From Takakia lepidozioides (lineage: Eukaryota > Plantae > Bryophyta), in contig CM060734.1 of NCBI GenBank assembly GCA_030704615.1, forward strand, positions 40,362,001 through 40,426,000: a stretch of DNA of 64,000 bases, read 5' to 3'. Every line of letters begins with the position of its first letter. The first letter of the stretch is position 1. The notes beneath the pieces are model-generated. The model was not told the origin of the DNA and searched no databases. It was given only the letters and a program-made list of their open reading frames with translations. This document shows positions 12,048-24,908 of this stretch, in pieces. The translations under genes were made by a program, and so were the position numbers.

Positions 12048-13804
12048 ACTGTGGCTGTCTCTCTCAGACCGAGGTTGATGCTACACCGCTTTGTTGGGAA
12101 GTTAGGTGCAAAGTGCGATGCAACAATATGTTATATTTTTTTTCTGCTCCACCTGCACTTGCAACAAGATGTCACTGTTAAACCTTATGGCTATATTTAA
12201 CCTTATGGCTACCCAAAGACTGGATCTCACAACCGGCTTGTTTTGCAACTGCCCTTGGGAAATGACCATCTTAATTGCACATGTCACGTCACTTCAAACA
12301 ATTATATATTCAAGACTTCTAGTGCAGGGTTTGAGACTTACTGTCCAGTGGCATTAGGGCAAGCGACACTGTGAGCGAGAGAACCACGAAAGTAGTTAGA
12401 TCAGCAGGTTGAATTGAACAACTTAGAGAGGAGTAGTGCTTAGGGCCCTGCCCACTTGCACTTTCAGTTAGTGTCTGCAACAGTTAGTTAGTGTTCCAAC
12501 TTACAGTTAAATGCATCCCCCCCACCAAAAAAAGAAGAAGCTTGCTTCAGGTTCGCTGAACTTAAATGTGATGGTACCCGTTATCTTAAACTGTCTTCGA
12601 CACAAAATCCGCCACCTGGCTAATCGGAAGTATCGAGTAGCCTCAAGTCTTGACTAAGTTTTGTAACTCACCAAGTTCCATCAAATCCAGCATTTTGAAG
12701 CAAATTGTTCCACATACATGAGGGGAAATCTGCTATGGGCCTTGTTCAGTTGAAAGCTTCTACTTCCTCTTAATGTGGAAGTTGAGGACCTTTCGTGGAC
12801 TTCATCCCGCAGATCTGGGAGGAGAGAATTTTTTGTCTCCTTTGGCAAACTCTATGTTCTTCCAAAAGCAGGGTCGACCAAACTCCCAAATAAAGCACAC
12901 CAAGTAACTAGAAAACTGACCTGCCAAGGATAGAAACAAATTTGCAGTAATTTTCTTTCTATGAACTGGGAAGCAGGAAGGTAGCTTCAGAAAGCTCCAA
13001 GGTTCTCAGGTTCTCAGGTTCTCTTTGAAGCTTCTGAGAGGACGTAGATAAGAGGGACAAATCGCGTTTAAAGAGACGAGAGGTTTGCAAAGTGGAGTTT
13101 GAGGCCGATTGATAACAAATCAAGCAGTAGCATGCCCTGGCAGAGAACAGGTCTTGTTGGGTTTCACATCTGTCTCTGCATCCATAGTCACCCCACCAAT
13201 GCACCCTAACTTGGTTACAACTTTTGGTGAACAATCAAGATCCTAAACCCACACTCAGACCAGTCTCTTGTTGGATATTGCTGAGACCTGCTGATGCAAA
13301 TGTCCCACTACAATTTTTAAGCTAAGGCTCATACATTTGTAGCCAAGAAGTGCTTTCAAAGTGGAAGTGGAAGCACCAATTTTGGTTCTTATCTCACATG
13401 ACAGTCGTCTTTTTGACAAGCAGCAGCTACCCAGTCACAGCTACAAAGGAGCTAAGTGTTCATCTAGTGCTGTCAGAACCTAAAGTGATATGTGTGGTTT
13501 ATAGCATATCAAGATAGGAATAAAACCCAAAATAATGTGGACTTTAAGCCTATTAACTCCACATCTAGAACAGGAAACCCCGGTCAGTGCTGAGGACTCA
13601 TAATGAAGACTCTGATGGAGTTGTTGTGACTGCCAGCCATAAGATGGAAAAGATGTTGTTTGAGAGAGAGAGAGGGGGAGAGAAAGCCAGAGAGGCCAAA
13701 ATCAGGGTAGCTAAGAGGCACCTTCTACTTGATGATATTTCCCTCTTTTGACAGTGGCCTCATGATGAGTTAACTTGTGTGTGGGGTGTCATCACTTTCG
13801 CCGG

Positions 13805-14876
13805 CTACCCAAAACAGATAGAGACACGGACTGGAGATAGGTGAGTGAGCTCACTAGATATAAGAGCCTTGGGTCTGGTCTTGAAGAGGAGCTTGTGCCG
13901 AATAATGCCCACAACTTGCATTCCCACATTAACAGGAGCTGCCTTGACCGGTGAATCAAAGTCCATGACATGGGAGGGCTTCAGCTTTTTGAGAATCGCT
14001 AGTGGCTTCTTCAGTGGAACTTTTGTGCCCTCCAGCTCATGGTAGCCAATGACAAATTTATATTTTTTCTGTGAGCAACAGTACATAATGCCTCAAATAC
14101 AGAAGTTTGCTCGAGCATTTCCCAGTTTCTTTCAAAGAATAATGTAGGCATGAAATTTCTGCTCCGAGTTTTTCAAGTCATTCATGTTTCCAAATGGCTA
14201 ATAGACAGATCTTTGTTATCAGGTACACAAGCTTCCACAAACTGCTTGGGCTGGTACATTTGGTTGCCAACCCTCATAACTGCTCACTAAGATTCCGCAG
14301 CCCCAGCTTTTGATGGCTGACCAAAGGAGCACTTTTAATGTGATAGAGGAATATGACTCTGAAATTTCTATTTCGAAAGCTCCAAATGTGGCAACTTCAC
14401 ACAAGTTATGCATCTGGAGAATCCACATCAGGGCTAAGTCCTCCCATTATTTTGCGATGAGAAATTTAAGAATGCTTTATGTATGTTATTAACTTTTCCA
14501 CAAGCAAGTTAGGCCAAGGGACTGAACAGTACACCCATCTGCTGTGTCCAGCAAACCTGGATTGGATGCATCGAACCCTGGATATTGCATGAGCCACTAA
14601 TGTAGCCAGGACACAGTCTAAAATTTTGGTGTCTCCTCGAGACAAACCATAGCATGGAGGCTCACTGTCAAAACTGCTGTGAACACGTAGCGAAAATGAA
14701 TAAAGAAAAAATGAAAGCATACCTCAGACGTAAGACACAGAGACCCGATGGTCAGATTGTGCGGGCTGGCAGCATGCTGGATTTCTAGAGACCCCTGGAG
14801 CTCCACCATAGCCCACTCTTCACACTCTCCGCAGCCGCACTTCACCGGTATCTGCCACCTTTCCCATGGACTGCAT
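13805..14876 (-). CDS. CTF8: CTF8 (Ctf18-RFC cohesion-establishment subunit) homolog; start codon region looks disrupted
   Basis: Exon to 14723 (IPVKCGCGECEEWAMVELQGSLE..NLTIGSLC), phase-0 intron 14722-14069, exon from 14068 (KKYKFVIGYHELEGTKVPLKKPLAILKK..VVGIIRHKLLFKTRPKALIS). The 3' end may splice at 13855. Confidence 0.85.
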
Positions 14877-16860
14877 AGGACATCAAGAGTCTTTTGACAT
14901 GGTCAGGGTTGCTGAATACTGGAAGAAAAAACATCTGATTTGTGATGATTTCATTTGGTGAGAGTCACCAACTTGTGGACAGGAGGGATTGAGCAAACAC
15001 AACAGGGAAGCATTTCCTGCAGAAACAAAAACCATTACCCTCCAGACTGAAATGGTCCTTCACTACAGAAGATGGATTATCTGCCAGACTCTTTCTTCGC
15101 TGTGACAAAGTGAACTCTGGAACCATCACCAGGCTTATTCTCATATCAATGTCATGAATAATAGGGAAATGGAATGAATCTAAGATTGAGATCCACAGAC
15201 AGCAGCCTTAGTTACTGAGTAGGAAGAGAATGCATTAACCTTCTCAAACAGCTCATCTACATCCACCTAAAGTTTGGCATGATCAAGAATGCTAGCTGCA
15301 ACTATTTTGCTGCTTATTGAACTCCTGACGTCTTCCTTCAAACAAACGGAGAGGAAACAGACTATCAAATAGACTGAAATGGGGAGGAGTCCATACTATA
15401 TCCTCCTTGTGACCCTCAAGGCCTAGACTAGCCAAACTCGGTTTCCAAGCCAGGTTATTGCAGGCATGCAGCACTTACAAGCACTGCCAAAACACTGCCC
15501 CTTGTTTCACAACAGATGTTCTGACAAATTGTACTCAGTAGCATTTATCGTACAGGGATGCAAACAAACGCATATTGAGAGAGAGAACTCATCAAAACAT
15601 AGTTTATGATAGCCTTGTGACCATAGACCTGCACCTAGTTTGCGTGGAACAAGAGGGAATGGATCACATTGCCTTTGTGAGGCTCAATCCTCTACTGGAC
15701 TTACCTTGGTATAAACAATTATTCAGGCTTTCCAGATGTCTTCTAGAAAACCCTTCACAAGGATCAATCTGTTGTGTGTGACCTACCCAGCAATCTCCAT
15801 GTGCGTTGACTACTCCCCCTCCCCACCTGTTTATTTCTCTCTCTCAAATCAATCTTTCTCTCCCACGCGTTTATTTCTCTCTCTCTCTCTGCGTTGACTA
15901 GTCCTCTTCCCCATCTATTTACTTCTCTCTCTCTTTCCCTGTGTGTTCACTACTCTCTCTCTCTCCTTCTGCACATTCACTACTCCCACGCGAGCGTGCC
16001 TACATAAATCAACTGTTTTTCTCTCTGCGTTCAAGGAATGACATCAAGGAGTGACGGTTTAAAGCAGTTCAAGAAGTTTTTAGACAGTTTAAGGAGTTCA
16101 AGAAGTTTTTATACAATTCAAGGAGTTAGAGAAGTTATAGTTATTGTTCTCATGGCAGATGACTGGTATAGGAACTCTGACCGAGAACTCCGATATTACC
16201 TCTTTTTTGTTTCAACTAAAATTAAATCCCTAGATATGATCACATCCCTCACACAGCCATAAACTACCGTACTTACCTAGCTTATTAGGCACTTCCACCA
16301 ATAATAATTAATAAAAATGGAATATTTTTAGGCAAATCCATTTTTATTATTTAGGCACATCGCCTAGGTTATTTCCAAATATAAGGCCCTTTGGATGTTG
16401 TGTGGACATGTAAAATGGTATGTTTTGTTTTCATTTTTTTGGATTTTAAATAATATAATTAATGCATTGTTTCCACATATTTGGAAATTTTGGTATTTGT
16501 CAAATTTTTGGACTATTAGGCACTATTCAGGAAAATTTTCCAAGTTTTAGGCACATTTTTCAAAAATGCTCCAAATTTAATTGTGTACTTTGTTTAGGGT
16601 CACCTTTAAAATGAGGGCGAGGGAAGATGGGTAATAGTAATTTAATATAAATATATATAATTAAATATAGACGAGAGACAAAAATCTAAATCAATATTAA
16701 TATGAAGTTTTAGTGAATTGAGACGTGTTTATCACTAAATTGAAGTGATATTTGGAAGTGCTATTAACGTTTATATTGAATACCCCCAGCCCAAAAAAAG
16801 AAAATGCACCCAAAAAATCGAGAAATTCACTGAAGTGGAAAGATAAGAACAAATGTCACG

Positions 16861-19800
16861 TCATATCGGGTCTTCGTATTGTGAATGTTGTTTTGGAAAT
16901 GGATCGATTCTTCGATTGTTTATGCAATCTCTCAAGTGGGTTCTCATGGCGGATGTTGCGTATCGTGAATCTGCGGGATCTAATCCGAATGCTATATCCG
17001 TGGCATAAGCTATCGTAAATACGCCACATGATGAACTGTCACTTTGTTGCATGACATCTGCATAGAAATAATTGAATTGTGGGACTTGGATTATTTTTTG
17101 TAGATGTTGTTCTATTTCGCTGGTAGCTTCTTATCCGCGGGCATGCTGGAATCAAACACCGTACATTGATGATTCGTTCCGTTCGGGTTTATCATGGTTA
17201 AAATCCAATGGTTGTTGTTCACGAACACGTGCTGCAGACATTTCTTGGTGTATTTCGTTCTGCCCAATAGAGTCGAATACGCATGTTGCTGGTAGTTTTG
17301 TGTTTCCAGTTCCTGATCAAATAGTATTTGCATCCCAGCCGCCAAATGCTGGTCACACAACCATCCGTTATCATCCAACAGGATTTGTTCGTCGTGCATC
17401 GTCAATATAAGATCCTCGTGCCAATATGTTTCTTGATGTATATGTGCGTGTTCTATGTTGGATTGTTTGTCTTCGGAGTCGATTTCTATGATTTCGACCG
17501 GTGTGGGAGATAATTCTGAGCAAGTTTGGTTTTCATTTGGTTCTATTGGTGTGGGATGTTTGGCTTCAGAATCGTTTGTCACTTGTATTTTTTTGGACAC
17601 ATGTCTCGGTTGGATTGGATGTGGATGTGGATGTGGCGTTTTGATGGCAGGGTTGGTATTCACTGTGTTGATGTGTTCCGTGGTCTTGTATGATTTTTGT
17701 TCTTGGACATTACAATCGGTTTGTGGAGTCATGAACTGCAGTGAGCCTGTCTTGAATTTGGCTGCTTGGATGTCTTCAAACTTGATGTCTCGAAGTATTA
17801 TTAGCCCTTGTAGGGAACGCAAACGAGACAGTGTGACGTAGATGTTGTGCATGTTCAACGGGTGTCCATCTGGTGGTTTTTGTAAGTCGATGACTATTCT
17901 GTCGAAAGTTTTGCCTTGGCATTTGTAGTCGGTTAGGCAATAGGTGGGTATCAAAGGCAATTGGTGTCTGCTGATTTTGAATTTCTTTGGTTTTTTCTGT
18001 TCATCCTCCGTGTGGTGATAATCGAACGTTCTTGAAATGGGTGTAATCGGCACTACGTTTTCTGGGAGATTTTCTAAATTTACGTTGTTCAATGTTTGAT
18101 GTTGACTGATGAATTCGCTGAAGTCGATTAATACGTGATGTGGCGGGTGCATTAAGTTATCTTCCCGTACGATCCAATCGTCATCTGTTGTTGAGATCCC
18201 CACTATTTGTCCAACTGCACCGTTTACAAGCCCCAATCTAGGATACAAATTGTCGGTGAGCATGACTGTCATTCCTTTGTATAATCTCAAAAATGGAAGA
18301 AGATTGTGGCTTCTATTCCCGGGTACGGTCTGTCGGATTGTGAATTGGATCTCGTCGTGGAGTGCGTGTTTCTTGTAGGTGTCTGTCGCCACTATGGTGT
18401 AGGATGCGTGGTTAGATTTACGTGTGTAATATTCTATCATTTGGTGATTGATGGCGTTCTTTAACTGGTTACGAGGTACGATGTACGTTGCTTTATCCCA
18501 GGGTTCGTTGAGCAGGTTGACTTTCAGATTCGACATGAATCTTGTCTGTAATAATTTGAAATCCGTTTGGGTAAAGTTGTCTTCGCGTAGATTCTGTAGC
18601 AATTTTGCATATTGTACATCGTGGACTTGTCTCATTTGCTGGGTCAATATGATTGTGTTAGGGCGTATGTAATTTTCCATAGGCTTTTGCCTATAATCTT
18701 TTTTTGTGTGTATTTTGTGAATGTGAATATGGGCTGTATGTTCGTTGAGTAGAGAGGCGCGTCGGTGACTGGTGGGAACTGCATGAAATCGCCCATGAAC
18801 ATTATGTTGAGTCCTCCGAATGGTAACATGTTTGATTTGAATTTTTGTAATTTCAGATGAATATCAGCGATCATGTTGCATCCGACCATAGATACTTCGT
18901 CTATAATCAAATAGTTAGTTCCCGACCATTCGTTTATGAAACTTTTTGTGTCGGATTCATTGATGCTCTGGCTGATTTTGAGTCCCAATAAAGTGTGGAT
19001 GGTTGATCCCCCTATGAGGGTTGCGGCGTTGGCTGTGTAAGCACCGATTTTCAGGATTTTTGGTCTGTTGGTTTTTATGAAGTACGTTTGCATTGCTTTA
19101 ATTATTTCGGTCTTTCCCATTCCGGCAGCACCTCCAACGTACATTAACGTTTGTTTCCTTACATCGAGATGGTGATTTTGTGGGTCTATGAAACGTTCAA
19201 ATGCTGATTCCTGCGAAGTGTTGAGCTTGTATTTTTTCATGACAAAATATTTAGCTATTTGATGTTGATCTGCATTGTGTACGATATCGGGATCTACATC
19301 GTAATTGTTGTCATCTGGGATGTCCATTGGTTTGTTTTTTGAAATCTCCCTTAATTCTGGATTTTTGTGGTGAAGTTTATCATTTTTAGATGACTGATTT
19401 GGATTTGCGAACTCGTACAGTTCGTTGTCAATGCCAACGGGTGGATTTTTGGATTCGCGTAATGTTTTCAACCATTTATTGATCTGGGTTCTATTTGATT
19501 TTTTGGATGCAGTTTGGACCATTCCTATTTTTGGTGCGGTATGGGGTTGTGGTGATATTTTCCCGTTGGCATCTGTAACGAGCTTGTTGATAATTTCGGC
19601 CACGTAATTGTTTTCGCTTGTATTGCACATAAGATATCGATTTGTAACTTCTGGCCATTTGTGACTATGTCTTCTGTATGTTTCGACGCCGAATTCTCGT
19701 CCACATATATATCATCGTCATCGTCTCCGTGCATTTCGTCTGGCATCTCATTGTATAAGGGGTCGATGTTGATGTCTTCTGGGTTCTCGTCATCGTTTGG

Positions 19801-22800
19801 ATTTTCGTTCTTCAGTAACAGTCTGTCGGAGTCTCGTGATTCTTTGCATTCATGTAGCATGCCGATATTTGCGATGATTTTTCTGTTGAATTCCGAACAT
19901 ATTGGATATAATTCGTCGAGAGCGTCTTCCCAACTTTGTTGCGATCTTGGCTTTAAGTCGTGGATAGATCTCCATGGCATGAACAGAATACAAATAGCGC
20001 GAGCGTGCGTTGCCGCATCATTTTTTTTCGAAGGTATTTTGTAGCCTTGTATTATTGGCACTTTGGTTACTTGAGATTCATATACACTGTGGGTGTCACT
20101 TTGCGGATGTTCATGCATGAATTTGTAGTAGTACGGGCTTCTCACTTTGCACGATTTACTGCAGAACTCGTAAGGTGACATTTCCTTGAACTTGTGTGGC
20201 CTGCTTTGGTAGTCGATGCGAAAATTATACATAATCAACTTGTCGTTCTGTTTGGATCTTTCAACTTTGAATGTTTCGAAGGTGTTTTCGGGGTCGTTAT
20301 CGTCAGGTGTGCTGTTCAGATCGTTGTTTCCATCTTTGTTCGATTGAGATTTTTCTTGTTCGCGAATCCATGCTGATAAACTATACCATGACAAATATGC
20401 AAACTGGTGGTCTGTCAAATGGTCTGGATATTTCATAAGGTAACTGACTGCCCTTGTCGCCGAGATTTCTTGTTGCGATCCGATCGTGTTTAAACATCAA
20501 ATTAGCAATTTGCGGCTTTTCTCAACTGAATATTCGGAATATAGATCGTCATAAGTCGTTTTGATCTTTTTTACGGCTATTTGCAAAAGCGAATACATGT
20601 GTGATGTGTAGACGGAAGATTTTGTGATGTAATCCGTGATGTAGTATATTAGAGCCTTTGCGTCTTTCCCTGAAGCACCGATGAATTTCAAATCGTGGTT
20701 GCATCTTCCTGATACTAACATCTATATATTTGCGTTGTTCAACCATCTGTCGGTTCGTTTTATATGCAGCAACCCGGTTTCGTCGTCGAAATGCGTTTTT
20801 TCAACTAAGACAGCGGGAAATCCGTATCTACAATTCTTTTTGAAAACGTCTTCGTTGGTTTTGTAACACGCAGGATTGCAGACGTGGCGATTGCATACAT
20901 TCAGCAATTTTGAAACGTCGCGCGCAAAGTGAGCATAAAATTTTTAGAGTGAACATCGGGAGATCTAGTAGTGCACGGATGGATTTCGGTGTTTACATTG
21001 TTTTCTTCGTTCTCGGAGTCAGTGGTATTGGTGGGTATATCGTCGTCGATTGGTATTTGGATGTGAATTGGATCAAGTCGCGTACTATGATGTTGTCCAA
21101 ATATGCCAGCATTTTTCGTTTGAATTCTTCGTCGTCTTTTAGTTTTTGTACGAGGTGGATTTGGGGCATTTTCTAGCCACAGCAATGTGTGTATGTGAAG
21201 TGAACCATTTTTCGCGGTTTCATAACAACCGTAATATGCGTTTATGTTTCCAAGTACTCCTGTATTTGTTGTGGTAGTTTTGGCAGTCTCTCTGACACGG
21301 AGTAGGTATTTAAAAATTGCATTCACGATGATGTGTACAAATTTAGCTTGAGATCTCGGATTCGTAGTGGCAATTGCACGTCTTTCATTGTGGTCCGGGA
21401 GGTTGTCGTCGAAAAAAATGTCGAGATTGATGTCGTTCCCACTTAGTAGGGACACTAGAGGATGATGTACGAATGCTGGATTCAAAGTGAAGAATAAACT
21501 TGGTGTTCCCAACTGCTGCATCATGCTGAATATTTCGTTTCTCTGTGTTGCGCGACTGCTTCCAGATGCCATCACGTGTTTACTTGATACTTTCAAGTGT
21601 CGCAATAACTTTTGTATTTCCGGTTTGTTGTTTATTGATTTCACGTCGTCTATTATGTCGTTGAAGTCTTCTGAACGGATATTGTTAAGGAGTTGTGCTT
21701 CACTTTGAAATGCCGATCTCGACACTGTCAATTTTGCGCCCATGCATATTTGTCTACGTTGCATCAAATTGAACATGAAGAATGGAAACAAGTGGTGTTT
21801 CGAAAAGTCGTGATGGATATCGGTCAAACTCATCAAATACTCAACGTGGGCCTCCAAAGTTACTTTAATTGGACGGTTTTTCATTTCGGTTACGCCGATT
21901 CCAAACGGAAATAACGTTGGAAACATACACGCGATCAATTTTGGGTTTGCGTATTCGTTCACCATTTGGTTTCATGCGTGTATGACAGATACATATTTTG
22001 TTGTAGTTGCAATCCATTTAAAGCGTTGGAGATTAGGTCGTTGTGCTTTATGTCAATTCCGTCAAAATCGATGAGTCCGGACGTGTCTATGACGGGCTGG
22101 ATCGTAGCGTCATCTTTGTTTATTGGTGTTTTTTTGTTGTGCAAATCCGTTATGTTGGTACGATGTTCAGCGTTGGCGAAGTCAATGTCCGTGGATTCAA
22201 ACACCGATCTCAAGATTGATGGTGGAATATCGTTCTCTGGTAGTCCATCCAATATGTCGTTATCAATTTGAATGTCTTTGTAAACCGTGTGATTATTTTT
22301 CAGCCATGTTAACCATGTCGTCACTGCAAGTCTACGTACGTATAGTAAATTACATGTTTTCACGACGTTAATGGGTGGATGTGAAGTGCCGACGAAGTGG
22401 ACGGCAACAATATCGGATAATGAATCTAAGGGTGGTGGCAATTTGTTTAGCAATTCGACGCACGACCTGGATTTTGAGTAAAACTCACCAAATTTCCTCT
22501 CAATGCGCGTTGCCCCTTTCCGCCCTTATTTACATAACGTAATTTGAACAACATCACACGACAACGGTATCTTGCTATTAACGCTTCTTCAACCATGGTT
22601 AATTTTGGCAAAATGTCGTGAACTTTTCCGAACCACAAACCGTTAGCGAGTGCAAATTTTGGCATCTTGTTCTTTTTCAAGGTGGAACTGCAGTTTTTAC
22701 AAATGAAGATGGTACGTGCATTATTTGATACTCCTCGTTTGTCCAATAACAACCCATTTAATTCGTCCAGCTGATGTTTTGTGTCATTGATCAATTCTTG

Positions 22801-23705
22801 GGGAACCTCTTGTAGGAGAATATGTTCTTCAAAGTGGTTTCTACTTGTAAGCTGAGCCATTTTTTCATGTGTTTTAAGATCTCACTGTGTAATTCATCGA
22901 TTCTCCATTTCAACATGTTAGAGGTTACTATGTCTCTGCTGCAAACACAACAATATAGATTTGTGAAAGTCGCATTACTAATGTATTCGTTGAAGTTGGA
23001 TAAACAAAACAAGTTATTCTCCAGGCATATTTCTGGTGGGAACTCATGATCGTTCTTTGGTTTTTTTGCAAGAGTGCAATACATTTGTTCTCTTTTTCTT
23101 TTGAGTTTTTCCTTTTCTTCATTTTCGTGTGTAATATATTTCTAAATTTGTGCTGCACATATTTTATTTTTGATCAATGGATCTTGGTTTCTTTGGAATG
23201 CATATTTTGCCCTTCGTTTCGCATTTGTTTCGTCTGGATCTATTTCCGTGGTTTGTGGTGGATTTTCGATTCTGAATTTTTGCCTGCGTTTAGCATTTGT
23301 CTCGTCTGGATCTATTTCGGTGGTTTGTGGTGGATTTTCGATTCTGAATTTTTCCCTGCGTTTAGCAATTGTCTCGTCTGGATCTATTTCGGTGGTTTGT
23401 TGTGGATTTTCGATTCTGAATTTTTCCCTGCGTTTAGCATTTGTCTCGTCTGGATCTATTTCGGAGGTTTGTGGTGGATTTTCGATTCTGAATTTTTCCC
23501 TGCGTTTAGCATTTGTCTCGTCTTGATCTGTTTTTGTGGTTTGTGGTGGATGTTCCAGTTTGTATTTTTCCCTTCGTTTAGCATTTTTTATGTCTAAATC
23601 GAGAGTGGGTTGAGATTTACATTTTTTCCGTCGCTCATCATTTAATTTCTCTTTATTTAAAGCATACTTTGCCCATCTCTTGGCATTAGCAATTTCTTTT
23701 TCCAT
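16861..23705 (-). mobile_element. Decayed autonomous Helitron/Helentron-type element: Rep (HUH) - Pif1 helicase - Ulp1-like protease
   Basis: Frameshifted segments: MPKFALANGLWFG..LTMVEEALIAR (DUF6570-like), FPTLFPFGIG, LGTPSLFFTLNP, ETAKNGSLHIHTLLW (HUH), YYITDYITK (Y2), GGAAGMGKT (Walker A), LIIDEVSMV, GDFMQFPPV, TDYKCQGKT, YVTLSR, then NNNHWILT and QQSDSSSCGVF. Termini not resolved. Confidence 0.92.
23211..23588 (-). repeat. 72-bp coding tandem repeat (5+ units) at the Helitron N-terminus
   Basis: Unit starts at 23211, 23283, 23355, 23427, 23499 and 23571; encodes NAKRREKFRIENPPQTTEIDPDET. Confidence 0.92.
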
Positions 23706-24908
23706 TTTAATTTAGAACTATACACATCTGAAAATATGAATTATAAATAAATAATTATATTGACGGTGGACATATTATTATTATTATTATATTTTGATTT
23801 TCAGGATGAGGGGGATTGTAGCCCTGTAAATGTATTAAAAAGGGAATAACATTCACGTTTTTATAAAATAAATAATAACTGTTCAGATTTATATAAAATT
23901 TTAATGAAAATAGTTGTTTTTGATAAAACTCATGTCTTGATAAAAACAATTATCATTGTTAAAAATCCAGCTTGATAAAAACAAACGTTTTTGATAAAAA
24001 TCATTTGTCTTGATAATGATGTTGATAATGATGTTGATATTGGTATTGATAATGATAAAATTGATGATAAAATAGATATGATATTGATATTCATAATCAG
24101 TCTTCACACCTTCTTGCTGCCTGAATCATCACCCCACCCTAGAACCATAAGTTTGCACTCATGATACACAATCTCAGAAAATTCTAAAAAGTGTACTATT
24201 GCCACCGCTCAATTGTCTGAAAAGCTTGCAGACATTTATGCGAGATCAGGAATGAGCTTTTAGGATAGTTTCGAGATCCTCTCATACGAAGATATGAGTT
24301 TGGTGCACTGTGAGAAATTTGGGCTGGCTGTGGACCCACCAGTATCTCCCAATGAGTTTTCTTTTGGTGGTCCAACCGTCTATCTAGCAGACATGTCGGT
24401 AGAAGTAGAGCATGATGCAGCCAGAAGAATTTTCAAGAGGCAGTGGACAACCATGGCTATGGTAGGAGGCAAATGCTATGCTTTTGAGTTTTAGCTACTA
24501 CTTGTTGGCCAGTAATCTAGGGACTTGCTATGCAAGGATTAGGTGTTGACCTAAGGGACCATAATCAATGAAATCTGACTGTACAACAAAGATATTTTCT
24601 CTTGCCGTAAATGCATAATAGAAAATGTACCTGGAAGCATCATTCGATTAGGGACCCTCTCACAATCGGTTAATTTTTTGGCAGCAACACCTAGTGAAGA
24701 CGAAAGGCATAGTCCATTGATGTTTGATTCAAACCCAGCTATGCTGATTGAGGAATTCCAATAGGAGATGGCCCTTCATAAAACCAGGAAAATCCCACAT
24801 CAGAACGTATAGGCTTACAAATACATACAGATCCATTTCCACTTTTTCAGTGCTCAAAGACTGGCACAGGCATCAGAATACACATGAGGTTCACCTACCA
24901 GGCATAAT

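Noticed and set aside
15790-16300. GTTSACTAC/CT-microsatellite subrepeats as the terminus of the large Helitron
   Set aside because: Plausible, but no hairpin, CTRR end or subterminal inverted repeat could be assigned with confidence.
23046-23597. Hydrophobic repeat proteins on the plus strand
   Set aside because: Antisense shadows of the 72-bp Helitron coding repeat.
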